This document shows, one piece after another, positions 41,406 through 53,046 of a stretch of 64,000 nucleotides of DNA. The position numbers and the translations under genes were made by a program. The first letter of the stretch is position 1, and every line of letters starts with the position of its first letter. The notes below the pieces were generated by a model. It was not told where the DNA came from, did no database searches, and was given only the letters and a program-made list of their open reading frames with translations. Source of the DNA: Gammaproteobacteria bacterium (GTDB taxonomy: Bacteria > Pseudomonadota > Gammaproteobacteria > Burkholderiales > Rhodocyclaceae); the NCBI GenBank assembly GCA_018819515.1, contig JAHJPX010000003.1:56588-120587 (forward strand). Reading direction: 5' to 3'.

Positions 41406-42928
41406 GCCGTCGTCTCCGCGCCGCTGGTATCGGCGCTTGCGGCCGCGGCGGCGGCTTCCGCGGCTTTCTGTTTGGCGCGCTCGGCCTTGCGGCGGGCGGC
41501 GGCTTCCGCCTTTTCCTTCGCCTCGCGTTCGAGGCGTTCGGCGCGCGCGGCGACCAGGCGCTTGGTGGCGTCGTTGCGCAGTTTTGCGCGGTCGCGCGCG
41601 GCGAGTTCGCCCTTGGCGTGGCCGAAGTACTGCACCAGCGGAATGCGCGAGGGGCAGACATAGGCGCAGCAGCCGCAGGCGATGCAGTCCTTGAGGCCGA
41701 GGTCGACCGCGCCCGCGTAGTCCTCGTTGCGGATGCGTGCCGACATCTCCAGCGGCAGCAGGCCGACCGGGCAGGCGCGCACGCAGGACGAGCAGCGGAT
41801 GCAGGGTTGCGCTTCGCCGTCGGCGGCTTCTTCGGCGGTCAGCGCGAGCAGGCCGCTGCTGCCCTTGACCACGGGCACGAACTCGCTCGGCAGCAGCGTG
41901 CCCATCATCGGTCCGCCCATGATCAGGCGCGCCGGCTGCTCCTTGAATTCCGTGGCGGCGATGATGTCCGATACCAGCATGCCGATTGGTGCGACGACGT
42001 TGCCCGGTGCGCGCCAGGCGCCGCCGTTGAGTGTGACGATGCGCTCGACCAGTGGCCGGCCGTGGCGGATCGCGGTATGCACGGCGGCGGCCGTGCCGAC
42101 GTTGTGCACCAGCACGCCGAGGTCGGTGGTGCGGCCGTCGGCCGGCACTTCCTTGCCGGTCAGGGCGGAGAAGAGGTGCTTTTCCGAGCCCATCGGATAG
42201 CGTGCCGGCACCGGGCAGATGCGGATTTCCGGGAAGCCGGCTGCCGCTTGCTGCATGGTGGCGATGGCTTCCGGCTTGTTGTCCTCGATGCCGACCAGCG
42301 CTTCTTTCGCGCCGGTTGCGTGCAGCATCAGGCGGATGCCATCGACGGCTTCGGCGGCGAAATCGCGCATTACGCGGTCGTCGCAGGAAAGATACGGCTC
42401 GCATTCGCCGCCGTTGATGATCAGCGTCGTGATGCCGGTTTTCTTGCCGATGTTGAGTTTGAGTGCCGAGGGGAAAGTCGCGCCGCCCATGCCGACCACA
42501 CCAGCCGCGCCGATGCGGCGGCTGATTTCGGCCGGCTCCAGTGAAAAGGGATCAAAGGCGGGATCGTCGGGAATGTCGGCGGCTTCTATCCAGCGATCCT
42601 CGCCGTCGCATTCGATGGTGATGCCGGGCACGGGCAGGCCGGAAGCGTGCGGCGCGGTGATTTCGCCTACGGCAGTGATGGTGCCGGAACTCGGCGCGTG
42701 GATGGCGGCGGATGTCGCGCCCTGCGCTTCGGCGATCAACTCGCCCTTCAGTACTTTCTGTCCAACTAGCACGATCGGCCGGGCCGGCGCGCCGATGTGC
42801 TGCTGGAGCGGCACATAGAGATGGCTCGGCAGCGGCAGGCGGCGCAGCGGCAGGTCGGCGGCCGGGCGCTTGCGGTCGTCCGGATGGATGCCCCAGTGGT
42901 TGCCGAAGATGCGGTCGAGGATGCCCAT
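41402..42928 (-). CDS. rnfC: Electron transport complex subunit RnfC
   Basis: Track ORF 41402..43000. The start at 42928 was chosen because GGAGG lies 7 nt upstream. Has GGVHP-like WGIHPDD, two CxxCxxCxxxCP clusters and a Lys/Ala/Glu-rich tail. Confidence 0.85.
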   Translation of the reverse strand: MGILDRIFGNHWGIHPDDRKRPAADLPLRRLPLPSHLYVPLQQHIGAPARPIVLVGQKVLKGELIAEAQGATSAAIHAPSSGTITAVGEITAPHASGLPVPGITIECDGEDRWIEAADIPDDPAFDPFSLEPAEISRRIGAAGVVGMGGATFPSALKLNIGKKTGITTLIINGGECEPYLSCDDRVMRDFAAEAVDGIRLMLHATGAKEALVGIEDNKPEAIATMQQAAAGFPEIRICPVPARYPMGSEKHLFSALTGKEVPADGRTTDLGVLVHNVGTAAAVHTAIRHGRPLVERIVTLNGGAWRAPGNVVAPIGMLVSDIIAATEFKEQPARLIMGGPMMGTLLPSEFVPVVKGSSGLLALTAEEAADGEAQPCIRCSSCVRACPVGLLPLEMSARIRNEDYAGAVDLGLKDCIACGCCAYVCPSRIPLVQYFGHAKGELAARDRAKLRNDATKRLVAARAERLEREAKEKAEAAARRKAERAKQKAAEAAAAAASADTSGAETTA

Positions 42929-43027
42929 GATCATGCCTCCGTAGGGCCGCCCCAAGGAGGCAGGCGCCCCCCTGTGGGGGGCGGCGAACCGAATTGACAA
43001 ATGAGGTGAGCGTGGGGGGCCATATCT

Positions 43028-43555
43028 TTAGACGAGAGCAGGCTTGGGCCAGACCCAGTGTTGCAGGGTCACGGGTACGGGTTTCATGACCATCGCCTCG
43101 GTCGGACAACGGTCGATGCAGGCGGCGCAGCCGGTACAGGCTTCGCGGATGACGTTGTGGATCTGCTTCGCTGCGCCGAGGATGGCGTCGGTCGGGCAGA
43201 CCTTGATGCAGCGGCAGCAACCGATGCAGATTTCCTCGGAGACGTAGGCGATCTTCGGCCCTTCGTCGACCATGCCCGAGAGGTCGAGCGAGAGGCCGAG
43301 TTTTTCCGCCAGTTCCGAAGCCAGCGCCTTGCCGCCGGGCGGGCAGCAGGTCGGCGCGGCGCGGCCTTCGACGACCGCCGTGGCGGCGCCGGAACAGCCG
43401 GGGAAGCCGCATTGTCCGCAGTTGGTGCCGGGCATCAGGGCCGTGAGTTCATCGACCAGCGGATTGCCCTCGACGGCGAATTTTTTCGCGGCGACGCCGA
43501 GGCCAAGGCCGAGGGCGATGCCGAGCAAGGTGAGGCTTAGTACGGCGGCGATCAT
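43028..43555 (-). CDS. rnfB: Electron transport complex subunit RnfB
   Basis: Internal Met ([16 protein letters not shown]...) of track ORF 43028..44059. Has a CGQCGFPGC cluster plus two 4Fe-4S ferredoxin motifs. Confidence 0.9.
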   Translation of the reverse strand: MIAAVLSLTLLGIALGLGLGVAAKKFAVEGNPLVDELTALMPGTNCGQCGFPGCSGAATAVVEGRAAPTCCPPGGKALASELAEKLGLSLDLSGMVDEGPKIAYVSEEICIGCCRCIKVCPTDAILGAAKQIHNVIREACTGCAACIDRCPTEAMVMKPVPVTLQHWVWPKPALV

Positions 43556-44133
43556 TTGAAGTTCAACCCCGCAAAGCCCATGAAAGCGAGCGATAGCAGA
43601 CCGGCGAGCACGAAGCCGATCGGCGCACCGGAAAACGCGGCGGGCACGCGCGCCAGCGCCAGCCGTTCGCGCATGCCGGCGAACATCACCAGCACCAGCG
43701 TGAAGCCGAGCGCCGAGCCGAAGCCGTAGAACAGGCTGGTGACGAAGTTGTTCTTCTCCATCACATTGAGCAGCGCGACGCCAAGCACGGCGCAGTTGGT
43801 GGTGATCAACGGCAGGTAGATGCCCAGCGCCTGGTAGAGGCCGGGGCTGGCCTTCTTTACCGCCAGCTCGACGAATTGAACCGTGGCGGCGATGACCAGG
43901 ATGAATGTCAGGATGCGCAGGTAGGAAAGGCCGAGCGGAACGAGCAGCCAGTTTTCCAGCATCCAGGCCGCGGCACTGGCGACGGTCAGGACGAAGGTCG
44001 TGGCCAGGCCCATGCCAAAGGCGCTGTCGACGCTCTTCGAGACGCCCATGAACGGGCACAAGCCGAGGAACTTCATCAGCACCACGTTGTTGACCAGGGC
44101 GGTCGATATCAGCAGGAGAAGGAATTCGGTCAT
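43552..44133 (-). CDS. rnfA: Electron transport complex subunit RnfA
   Basis: Internal Met ([32 protein letters not shown]) of track ORF 43552..44172. AGGAG lies 6 nt upstream. Confidence 0.9.
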   Translation of the reverse strand: MTEFLLLLISTALVNNVVLMKFLGLCPFMGVSKSVDSAFGMGLATTFVLTVASAAAWMLENWLLVPLGLSYLRILTFILVIAATVQFVELAVKKASPGLYQALGIYLPLITTNCAVLGVALLNVMEKNNFVTSLFYGFGSALGFTLVLVMFAGMRERLALARVPAAFSGAPIGFVLAGLLSLAFMGFAGLNFK

Positions 44134-44156
44134 GGATGGCTCCTGGACGGCTATCC

Positions 44157-44171
44157 GCAGGTTTCGTGCCA
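44157..44171 (-). promoter_or_regulatory. sigma54 (-24/-12) promoter candidate for rnfABCDGEH
   Basis: The minus strand reads TGGCACGAAACCTGC (TGGCAC-N5-CTGC), about 24 nt upstream of the rnfA ATG. Confidence 0.6.
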
Positions 44172-44349
44172 CCCGATTGGCGCGTAAGGGAATTGGCTAC
44201 AAGCCCGCACCGTTATGGGGTTTTTTGTTTTTCGCCGCACCCCGAAGGCGCAGCCTTTGTTCTGTCGTGTTTGCGACAAGCGGGAATGAAACCGACACTG
44301 AAACCTGAATTGCCCCGCCAGCAGTGGCTCTTGGCGATTTCCGCGGCTA

Positions 44350-45899
44350 TTGGCATGGAACGTGCAGAATGGGGGTATGAAATCGAGCAAACCCACAGGT
44401 AGCACCGAGATTCCCGCCCAGGTGTTCGAGCAGGTCGTCGAGCAGGCTGACCTGGCCGTTTCGATCACCGACACGCGGGCCAATATCCTCTACGTCAATC
44501 CGGCGTTCACGCGCATCACCGGTTACCAACCTGCGGAAGCGATCGGCAAGAACGAGTCGATGCTTTCGCACAAGGTCACGCCGCCGGCGGTATACCAGTC
44601 GCTATGGGGCAAACTCACGGCGCGTGAATCGTGGAGCGGCCGGCTGGTCAACCGCCGCGCCGATGGCCGCAAGTATCTGGCCGAGCTTATGATTTCGCCG
44701 GTACTGGACGAAACGGGCGAGGTCATCCATTACCTCGGCCTGCATCGCGACGTCACCGAACTGCATCGTCTCGAATCGGAAGTCCGGAACCAGAAGGCGC
44801 TGATCGAATCCGTGGTCGACGCGGCGCCCGTGGCGATGGCGCTGGTGGATGGGGAAGAGAGCGTCGTCCTCGACAACCAGGAGTACAAGAAACTGATGGG
44901 CGACCTGGCGATGGCCGAGCCGGCCACGGCCATCCTCGATGCCGTTCGCGCCGACATGGGGCATGGGCTTGGCACGCCCCGGTCCGGCAGCCACGCCTTC
45001 CTCAACCGCGAGGTGCGCATCGATCCGCCGGGCAACCGGCCGGCGCGCTGGTTCTCGTGCTCCGGCATCTGGGTGCGGCGCGACGACGGCGATGCCGACA
45101 GCTTCTTCGACCACCAGAACAGCATCTATCTCCTGTTGGTGGCGATGGAAATCACCGAACTGCGCGCCCAGCAGGAGAAGTCGCGCATGGCCGCCTTGCA
45201 GGCCATGCTGGCCGAAGAGGGGCGCATCAACGCGTTGCGCGAAACGCTGGCGGCGGCCTCCTTCCAGCTCGAAGGGCCGGTCAATGTGATGAACACGGTG
45301 CTGGCGACCATGGAGCGGCGCGGCAGCGGTTTGAATGGTGTGTCGAATGCGGGCGACGCGCTCGCCGATGCCTTGCGCGCGGCGCAGGCGGCGGTCGACA
45401 CGCTGCGCAACGCGATTCCTGCGCAATCCGACGAGGTGCCGACGGCGGTCAACCTCAACGAGGCGCTGCACGACGTCCTCAATCTCGCCACCGGACGCAT
45501 GCTCGCCGCCGGCATTCGCGTCGGCTGGCGGCCGCAGGCCGTGCTGCCCGCCATCAACGGCTATCCGAACCGGCTGCGCGCCATGTTCAAGACGCTGGTC
45601 GACAACGCCATCGAGGCGATGAACGTTCGCGGCTGCGTCGAGCGCGAACTCACCATCGCCAGCCGCAGCCTGCCGGATGCGCTGGAAGTCGTCATCGAGG
45701 ACAGCGGCCCGGGCATTCCCGAGGACGCACGTTTGAAAGTCTTCGAACCTTTCTACACCACCAAGAAGAATGGCGGCCATCTCGGCACCGGCCTGTCGTC
45801 CGCGCTGCAAGTCGCGCAGGACCACGGCGGCGGCATCGAGATCGATCCGCTGGATGCCGGCGGTTGCCGCGTGCGTATCGTTCTGCCGCTGAAGAGATC

Positions 45900-45903
<4 letters not shown>
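44350..45903 (+). CDS. nifL: NifL, redox/nitrogen-responsive anti-activator of NifA
   Basis: 517-aa ORF (TTG start; an ATG at 44377 is an alternative). Has a PAS block ([34 protein letters not shown]) and a C-terminal GHKL-like domain. ATGA overlap with nifA. Confidence 0.85.
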
Positions 45904-47482
<1,579 letters not shown>

Positions 47483-47486
<4 letters not shown>

Positions 47487-47941
47487 CCGTCCGGGATCTC
47501 CGGCTCGACAAGCTTCGCCAGTTGCGACAGCGATTCCTGCCACCCGAGATAGCACATCTCGGCCGGAATGGCGGCGGGAATTCCTTCCTGGACAATGCTG
47601 ATCTCCGTCCCACAGCTCACCTTGGCGAGCGACACCGTCGTCACCATTTCGCCAGGCAGGTTGGGGTCGTCGAAGCGGTCGGTGTAGCGGAGCTTCGTAG
47701 GCGGTGTCAGTTCGAGGAAGCGTCCGCCGAAGGAATGGCTGTGACCCGTGCCGAAGTTGGTGAACGACATGCGGTAGCTGCCGCCGACGCGGGCGTCCAT
47801 CTCATGTACTTTGCCGGTGAAGCCGTAGGGTGGCAGCCATCTGGCCATGGCGTCGGGATCGAAAAAGGCGCGGTAGACGCGCTCGGGCGGCGCGCGCAGC
47901 ACCTGGGAAAGGCGGACAGTGTGGCCGGCTGTGTCAGGCAT
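47483..47941 (-). CDS. SRPBCC / AHSA1-like domain protein
   Basis: 152-aa [29 protein letters not shown] is typical of Aha1/SRPBCC proteins. Its stop shares the CTAG tetranucleotide with the nifA stop. Confidence 0.7.
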
Positions 47942-48065
47942 GGCGATTCCCCTATCGATAGCCGTGTAGTGCCAAACTCATTGTGGATCTGCCGAATGCA
48001 CGGTTGCCAATCGAATGATTGAATACGCAAAAGTGCGCTAGCTGCTGTGGTTGTGACGCCGCGGG

Positions 48066-48443
48066 TCAGGGCTTCGTCGAACACGCACCGCCCGACTGTT
48101 TTAGCTCCATGATCACCACGTGCGTGGGCGTCTCGCCGACGTTCTCTCCGATGTGCGTTTGCGGTTCCGACCACATCACATCTCCGGCCTTGAATTCCCG
48201 CCTGAGCACTTTTCCGTCCGGCAGGGTCAAGGTGCGTTTGAATGGGGTCAGCGCATAGAGAACAAACGCGGGGTGTGCGTGCCGGTGCGTCCTTTCGCCG
48301 GGGACGTCCTGATAATCAAGGACGCGAACACAGGCGTTTTCGAGGATAACCTTGTACTTGTCGCCATCGGTTTTAACTGCATCCTGCGCGAGCGCGGAAT
48401 TGGACAGAGCGGCAAGCGCCGCGACAATTGAAATGCGTAGCAT
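48066..48443 (-). CDS. Secreted cupin-domain protein
   Basis: Internal Met (MLRISIVAALAALSNSALAQD signal peptide) of track ORF 48066..48518. Has an H-x-H..E..H cupin-like pattern (THRHAHP...GENVGETPTHVV). Confidence 0.6.
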   Translation of the reverse strand: MLRISIVAALAALSNSALAQDAVKTDGDKYKVILENACVRVLDYQDVPGERTHRHAHPAFVLYALTPFKRTLTLPDGKVLRREFKAGDVMWSEPQTHIGENVGETPTHVVIMELKQSGGACSTKP

Positions 48444-48570
48444 GGGTTGTGCTCCTGAAGTTTCGAGGTGTCGACCTGTTCCGCGCCTGCCAGCATCGAC
48501 GAGTGGCAAGCGAGCCAAGTGGTGGCACGGAACGACACTACGCGCATTTCAAAACCAAGGTGGGCAGTAG

Positions 48571-48668
48571 TGGCTCTGGGCTGACTTTCCTGGAACTGCT
48601 GGCGGACGCCGCCGCGCCGGATCGCCTACCGCATCCAGATCCTCGACATCGAAGTGAAGCAGTCCTGA
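48571..48668 (+). pseudogene. Remnant of a nifA-like 3' end
   Basis: 48620-48663 matches nifA 47438-47481 at 43/44 nt. It encodes ..[15 protein letters not shown] and ends in TGA. Upstream, 48571-48619 resembles the nifA linker (GLTFLELLADAAAP vs [14 protein letters not shown]), including a decayed 24-nt motif. No start codon or AAA+ domain. Confidence 0.75.
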
Positions 48669-48669
48669 A

Positions 48670-49224
48670 TCATCGTTCCTCATGCTGTGCGGCTGGCATC
48701 GCACTCAGTTCGACAAGACGGGAAAGGGTGTTGAAATTTCTCGTTGTTGCGGCGACCTTGAGTTTTCGTTCGAAGAAATTGTTGTGGAATTTCGAGTCGC
48801 TTAGTTTCGTCGCGTAGAGGGTGTAGATCACGCTGCCGACGATCCGCACGTCGTCGGGTGAAAAGTCGAGCCGGCGCAGCTCCTCGACAAGCGGCGCTGA
48901 CGGGTTTGCGGCGAGCAGCGAGAAGTAGGTGCGCGAAGCAGCCTCCGGGGGGAACGGGTTGTGCGCCATGACATATTTCAACTGCGCGTGCGTTCGGGCG
49001 AGTATTGCGATGTCGGCACCGATCGCCCGGGCAATGACCTCGTGAACCAACGCCTCGACGGCGGCCTGATCGAGCCCGGATCGGGCGATGACATTGCCGC
49101 TCTGGATGTATGTCCGCACGTCGCGCAGCCCCGCCTCGGCGAGGGCGATGCGCAGTTCGGCCATCGGCACCCGGTTCCTGCCGGTCGGGGTGACGCCGCG
49201 CAGCAGAATCGCGTAGGTCTTCAT
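48670..49224 (-). CDS. DUF1697 family protein
   Basis: 184-aa ORF. MKTYAILLRGVTPTGRNRVPMAELR..VRTYIQSGNV is the DUF1697 N-terminus. Confidence 0.75.
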   Translation of the reverse strand: MKTYAILLRGVTPTGRNRVPMAELRIALAEAGLRDVRTYIQSGNVIARSGLDQAAVEALVHEVIARAIGADIAILARTHAQLKYVMAHNPFPPEAASRTYFSLLAANPSAPLVEELRRLDFSPDDVRIVGSVIYTLYATKLSDSKFHNNFFERKLKVAATTRNFNTLSRLVELSAMPAAQHEER

Positions 49225-49284
49225 GGTGCAAGACGGTATTGCGCCACGCTGCTTCCCTGCGTATCGGCGACTGTCGAGCGAAAC

Positions 49285-49929
49285 CTATTTTGCACCACGC
49301 GACCCGGCAAGCGCCGCTAAGACGCCAAGACCGATGAATACGCTGCCGCCGAGCCGCTGGCCGAATCGGCGAAGGCCCCGGTCGCGCAAAGCGGGCACCA
49401 CCGCGCTGGCGGCAAGCGCATAGGCGCTGTCGGTTGCAGCGGCGATGGCGACGAAGAGCGAGCCGAGCGCCATGCTTTGAAACATCGGCGACGCGTTTTG
49501 ACCGAGGAACTGCGGCAGGAAGGCGGCGAAGAAAATGGTGGTCTTGGGGTTGAGCAGGGCAACGATGAATCCATCGCGGAATATACGGCCCAGCGGTGCG
49601 GCGACAGGCGCAACGATCGGGTTCTCTTCAGAGGAATGGCGGAACATCTGAATACCGAGATAAATGAGGTAGAGCGCGCCGGCGTACTTGACGACCGTAA
49701 AGGCGATCGACGAAACCGCGAACAGCGCGGCAAGGCCGACCGAGGCGGCGAGCATGTTGCCGAAGTTGCCGAGCGCGACGGCGGCGGCCGAAACCAGACC
49801 GTACCGGCGACCCTGGACGAGGCTGCGGGTGACGACGTAGAGCACGCCGGGGCCGGGCGTGATGGCGAGGACGAAACTGGCGGCGAGAAACGCGGAAAAC
49901 AATGGCCAGGGCGGAATCAGGTCACTCAT
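49285..49929 (-). CDS. LysE/RhtB-family amino acid exporter
   Basis: 214-aa hydrophobic ORF with an ITPGPGVLYV motif. Confidence 0.8.
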   Translation of the reverse strand: MSDLIPPWPLFSAFLAASFVLAITPGPGVLYVVTRSLVQGRRYGLVSAAAVALGNFGNMLAASVGLAALFAVSSIAFTVVKYAGALYLIYLGIQMFRHSSEENPIVAPVAAPLGRIFRDGFIVALLNPKTTIFFAAFLPQFLGQNASPMFQSMALGSLFVAIAAATDSAYALAASAVVPALRDRGLRRFGQRLGGSVFIGLGVLAALAGSRGAK

Positions 49930-49930
49930 T

Positions 49931-50542
49931 TCATGCCTTTTCCGCGACCATCAGAAACAGCGGGAACTCCGTCTGACCCGGACCGTCACCCTTGGTCATG
50001 CGGAACACGGTGTCGAAACGGACGTTGCGGAATCCCGCCTGTGCTGCCTTCCGGGCGAGTTCGTCGCGGTCGAAGCCCTTGTGTCCGTTGAACGCCGGGC
50101 CGTGGAAGGAACCATCCTCGCTGTCGAGGTCGGCGAGGCAAAGGTAGCCTGGCGAATCGAGGAGGGTGTAGAGGCTGCGCAATACGCCTTCGGTGTCGGG
50201 AATGTGGTGAAGCGTCATCAGCGAATAGACCAGACCATAGCGGTCGTCCGGCAGGGGATCCGACGCGAGGTCGAGCATCAGCGGCCGCATGTTCGTTGTC
50301 CCGGCGGCCGCAATTTTCTTGCGCAGTACATCGAGCATGCCCGCGGAGTTGTCGGCCAGGGTGACATGCTTGAGATGAGGGAGGAGGGCGAAGCTCAACA
50401 GTCCGGTGCCGCAGCCGAACTCGAATCCGGTGAGTTCCGACAGCGGGACGTGCCGCCGAATGCCGTCCGCCACGGCCTGCGCGCGGGCGAGTTTGACCGG
50501 GTCGGAATCCCAGGTCGTGGCTTTGTCGTCGAAGTCGTTCAT
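49931..50542 (-). CDS. Class I SAM-dependent methyltransferase
   Basis: Internal Met (MNDFDDKATTWD..) of track ORF 49931..50635. Has the SAM motif FEFGCGTGLLS. Confidence 0.7.
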   Translation of the reverse strand: MNDFDDKATTWDSDPVKLARAQAVADGIRRHVPLSELTGFEFGCGTGLLSFALLPHLKHVTLADNSAGMLDVLRKKIAAAGTTNMRPLMLDLASDPLPDDRYGLVYSLMTLHHIPDTEGVLRSLYTLLDSPGYLCLADLDSEDGSFHGPAFNGHKGFDRDELARKAAQAGFRNVRFDTVFRMTKGDGPGQTEFPLFLMVAEKA

Positions 50543-50639
50543 GGCGGCGGTCGGGTTTCGTGTCGAGTTGCCATTCATTCTAGGGTAGGGCGCACTGCTA
50601 CCGGTAGGCGGAGGCGTCGCAACTCCGCCATTCATTCAT

Positions 50640-50655
50640 TGTGGCGTTCCCGACA
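50640..50655 (+). promoter_or_regulatory. NifA upstream activator sequence candidate (TGT-N10-ACA)
   Basis: TGTGGCGTTCCCGACA, about 40 nt upstream of the nifB sigma54 element. Confidence 0.5.
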
Positions 50656-50695
50656 ACCGCTCGTTCAGATGTATATGAATCAACAGGTTACAGGC

Positions 50696-50711
50696 TGGCA
50701 TCGAGCTTGCA
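50696..50711 (+). promoter_or_regulatory. sigma54 (-24/-12) promoter for nifB operon
   Basis: TGGCATCGAGCTTGCA is a near-perfect TGGCAC-N5-TTGCA, 34 nt upstream of the nifB GTG. Confidence 0.8.
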
Positions 50712-50744
50712 ATAAGGAAGGCAAACAACTCGCGGAGAACGAAA

Positions 50745-52289
50745 GTGGACCTCCCGGAAATTGCCTCACAGGCACCCTCGACCCCAACGAGCCCACAGGG
50801 CGGTTGCAGCGCCGGTAGCTGCGGTTCGACGTCCGGACAGATGTCCGGGCTGTCGGAGGAAATCCGCCGCAAGGTGGAAGATCACCCCTGCTATTCCGAG
50901 CAGGCCCACCACCACTTCGCGCGCATGCACGCGGCGGTGGCGCCGGCTTGCAATATCCAGTGCCATTACTGCAACCGCAAGTACGACTGCGCCAACGAGT
51001 CGCGGCCGGGTGTGGTGTCGGAACTGCTGACACCCGAACAGGCGGTGAAAAAGACGCTGGCCGTCGCCGCCGCCATTCCGCAGATGTCGGTGCTCGGCAT
51101 CGCCGGCCCCGGCGACCCCCTCGCCAACCCCGAGCGCACCTTCGCGACCTTCCGCGAACTGGCGCAGAAGGCGCCGGACATCAAGCTCTGCGTGTCGACC
51201 AACGGTCTCGCCCTGCCCGACAGCGTCGAGGAGCTGGCCAAGCACAACATCGACCACGTCACCATCACCATCAACTGTGTCGACCCCGAAGTCGGCGCCA
51301 AGATCTATCCCTGGATCTTCTGGAAGGGCGAGCGCATCCGCGGCATCGAGGCGGCGCGCATCCTCATCGAGCAGCAGCAGAAGGGCCTGGAGATGCTGGT
51401 GGCGCGCGGCATCCTGGTCAAGGTCAATTCCGTGATGATCCCGGGCGTGAACGACGAGCACCTCAAGGAGGTGTCGAAGGTCGTCAAGGCCAAGGGCGCC
51501 TTCCTGCACAACGTCATGCCGCTGATCGCCGAAGCCGAGCACGGCACCTTCTACGGCATCATGGGCCAGCGCAGTCCCAGCCCGGCCGAGCTGAAGAACC
51601 TGCAGGACACCTGCGAAGGCGACATGAACATGATGCGCCACTGCCGCCAGTGCCGCGCCGACGCGGTTGGCCTGCTGGGCGAGGATCGCGGTGCCGAGTT
51701 CACCATGGACAAGGTCGAGGCGATGGAAATGGACGACGCCTTCCTCGCCGAGGCGATGGCGAAGCGCAAGGCGCTGCGCGAGCAGATCGCGGCGGAGAAC
51801 GAGGCCAAAAAGGCCAAGGCTCACGCGCCGCAGCCGGCTGGCGTCGCCGTAGTCACCATACATCGGCGTACCGCCACGGCTGACTTTTCGCAAGGCCGCC
51901 CTGTGCTGATGGCCGTGGCCGCGAAGAACGGCATGGTCGCCGAGCACTTCGGCCACGCCCGCGAATTCCTGGTCTACGAAGCAACCGCCGCCGGTGCCAA
52001 GCTGATCGGACACCGCAAGACCGACCTCTACTGCGACGGCGGCGACACCTGCGGCGACGGGGAATCCGTACTCGCGAAAACTATCAAGGCGCTGGAAGGC
52101 TGCGAAGCGGTGCTGTGCTCCAAGATCGGCTACGAACCCTGGGGCGAACTGGAGGCGGCGGGCATCCGCCCGAACGGCGAGCATGCCATGGAAGCCGTCG
52201 AGGATGCCGTGATGGCCGTCTGGCACGAAATGCTGGCAGCGGGTCTGCTGAATCCGAAAACGACTGCCGAAGCCAAGAGGTGTGCGTAA
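50745..52289 (+). CDS. nifB: FeMo-cofactor biosynthesis radical-SAM protein NifB (with NifX-like C-terminal domain)
   Basis: 514-aa ORF. Has HPCYSEQAHHHFARMHAAVAPACNIQCHYCNRKYDCANESRPGV and a C-terminal NifX/NafY-like domain. A perfect motif copy sits in the interdomain linker. Confidence 0.95.
   Translation: MDLPEIASQAPSTPTSPQGGCSAGSCGSTSGQMSGLSEEIRRKVEDHPCYSEQAHHHFARMHAAVAPACNIQCHYCNRKYDCANESRPGVVSELLTPEQAVKKTLAVAAAIPQMSVLGIAGPGDPLANPERTFATFRELAQKAPDIKLCVSTNGLALPDSVEELAKHNIDHVTITINCVDPEVGAKIYPWIFWKGERIRGIEAARILIEQQQKGLEMLVARGILVKVNSVMIPGVNDEHLKEVSKVVKAKGAFLHNVMPLIAEAEHGTFYGIMGQRSPSPAELKNLQDTCEGDMNMMRHCRQCRADAVGLLGEDRGAEFTMDKVEAMEMDDAFLAEAMAKRKALREQIAAENEAKKAKAHAPQPAGVAVVTIHRRTATADFSQGRPVLMAVAAKNGMVAEHFGHAREFLVYEATAAGAKLIGHRKTDLYCDGGDTCGDGESVLAKTIKALEGCEAVLCSKIGYEPWGELEAAGIRPNGEHAMEAVEDAVMAVWHEMLAAGLLNPKTTAEAKRCA
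51865..51888 (+). repeat. 24-nt motif copy, 0 mismatches
   Basis: In the nifB linker between the radical-SAM and NifX-like domains, read as RRTATADFS. Confidence 0.95.
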
Positions 52290-52567
52290 TGGCCCTCGAA
52301 ATCGTCGAATCCTGCGTCAACTGCTGGGCCTGCGAACCGCTCTGCCCGAACAAGGCGATCTTCGAAGCCGCACCGCACTTCCTCATCGATGCCGACAAGT
52401 GCACGGAGTGCATCGGCGACCACGCCAAGGCGCAGTGCGTCGAGATCTGCCCGATCGAAGGCGCCATCGTCAACGAACTCAACGAGCCGATGAATCCCGC
52501 CGGCTCGCTGACCGGCATTCCGCCGCAGCGTTGGGCAGCCGCCCAGCGCGAAATCTCGCAAAGGTAG
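52289..52567 (+). CDS. fdxN: 2[4Fe-4S] ferredoxin, FdxN-like
   Basis: Internal Met of track ORF 52115..52567 (1-nt overlap with the nifB TAA). Has CVNCWACEPLCP and CTECIGDHAKAQCVEICP. Confidence 0.7.
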   Translation: MALEIVESCVNCWACEPLCPNKAIFEAAPHFLIDADKCTECIGDHAKAQCVEICPIEGAIVNELNEPMNPAGSLTGIPPQRWAAAQREISQR

Positions 52568-52569
52568 CT

Positions 52570-53046
52570 ATGGCCACAGTCACGTTCTACGAAAAGCCGG
52601 GCTGCTCCGGCAACGCCAAGCAGAAGAAGATCCTCGAAGCCGCCGGTCACACCGTGGAGCCGCGCGACCTGATCGGCCGTGCGTGGACGCGCGGCGAACT
52701 GCTGTCGTTTTTTGGCGGCCTGCCGATCGCGCAGTGGTTCAACAGCAACTCGCCGGCCATCAAGAGCGGCGAGATCGTGCCAGAGGAATGCGACGAGGCG
52801 ACGGCAGTGGCGCTGATGCAGAAGCATCCGCTGTTGATCCGCCGCCCGCTGCTGGAAGTCGAAGGCGTGCGCAAGGTCGGCTTCGACGTCGCCGCCATCG
52901 ATGCCTGGATCGGCCTCGGTGCGGATCTGCCCGACGAAGACATGGAAGAATGCCAGCACGGCAAGGAAGGACACGTCTGCCAGGGACACGCTCACGATCA
53001 TCCTTGCGGACACGACCATGAACATGGTCAAAGCGACGGCTGCTGA
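52570..53046 (+). CDS. Nitrogenase-associated ArsC-like protein with Cys/His-rich tail
   Basis: Internal Met (MATVTFYEKPGCSGNAKQKKILEAAGH..) of track ORF 52282..53046. ArsC/glutaredoxin-like fold. The tail is ECQHGKEGHVCQGHAHDHPCGHDHEHGQSDGC. Confidence 0.7.
   Translation: MATVTFYEKPGCSGNAKQKKILEAAGHTVEPRDLIGRAWTRGELLSFFGGLPIAQWFNSNSPAIKSGEIVPEECDEATAVALMQKHPLLIRRPLLEVEGVRKVGFDVAAIDAWIGLGADLPDEDMEECQHGKEGHVCQGHAHDHPCGHDHEHGQSDGC

Noticed and set aside
41406-42404. N-terminal extension of the rnfD frame (track ORF 40326-42404, 692 aa)
   Set aside because: The extension overlaps rnfC out of frame and is Arg-rich. A proper RnfD N-terminus starts at 41405 with ATGA coupling to the rnfC stop.
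44351-44366. sigma54-like TGGCATGGAACGTGCA at the nifL start
   Set aside because: The spacing fits, but the element overlaps the candidate nifL start codons (44350 TTG, 44377 ATG). It would give a leaderless or truncated NifL. Left unresolved and not annotated.
48428-48817. 129-aa plus-strand ORF
   Set aside because: It runs through the nifA-tail remnant in the wrong frame and is antisense to the DUF1697 gene. It is not a gene.
50670-50685. Second TGT-N10-ACA (TGTATATGAATCAACA) before nifB
   Set aside because: It ends only 10 nt upstream of the -24 element, too close for a NifA UAS. It may be chance or part of an AT-rich bend/IHF region.
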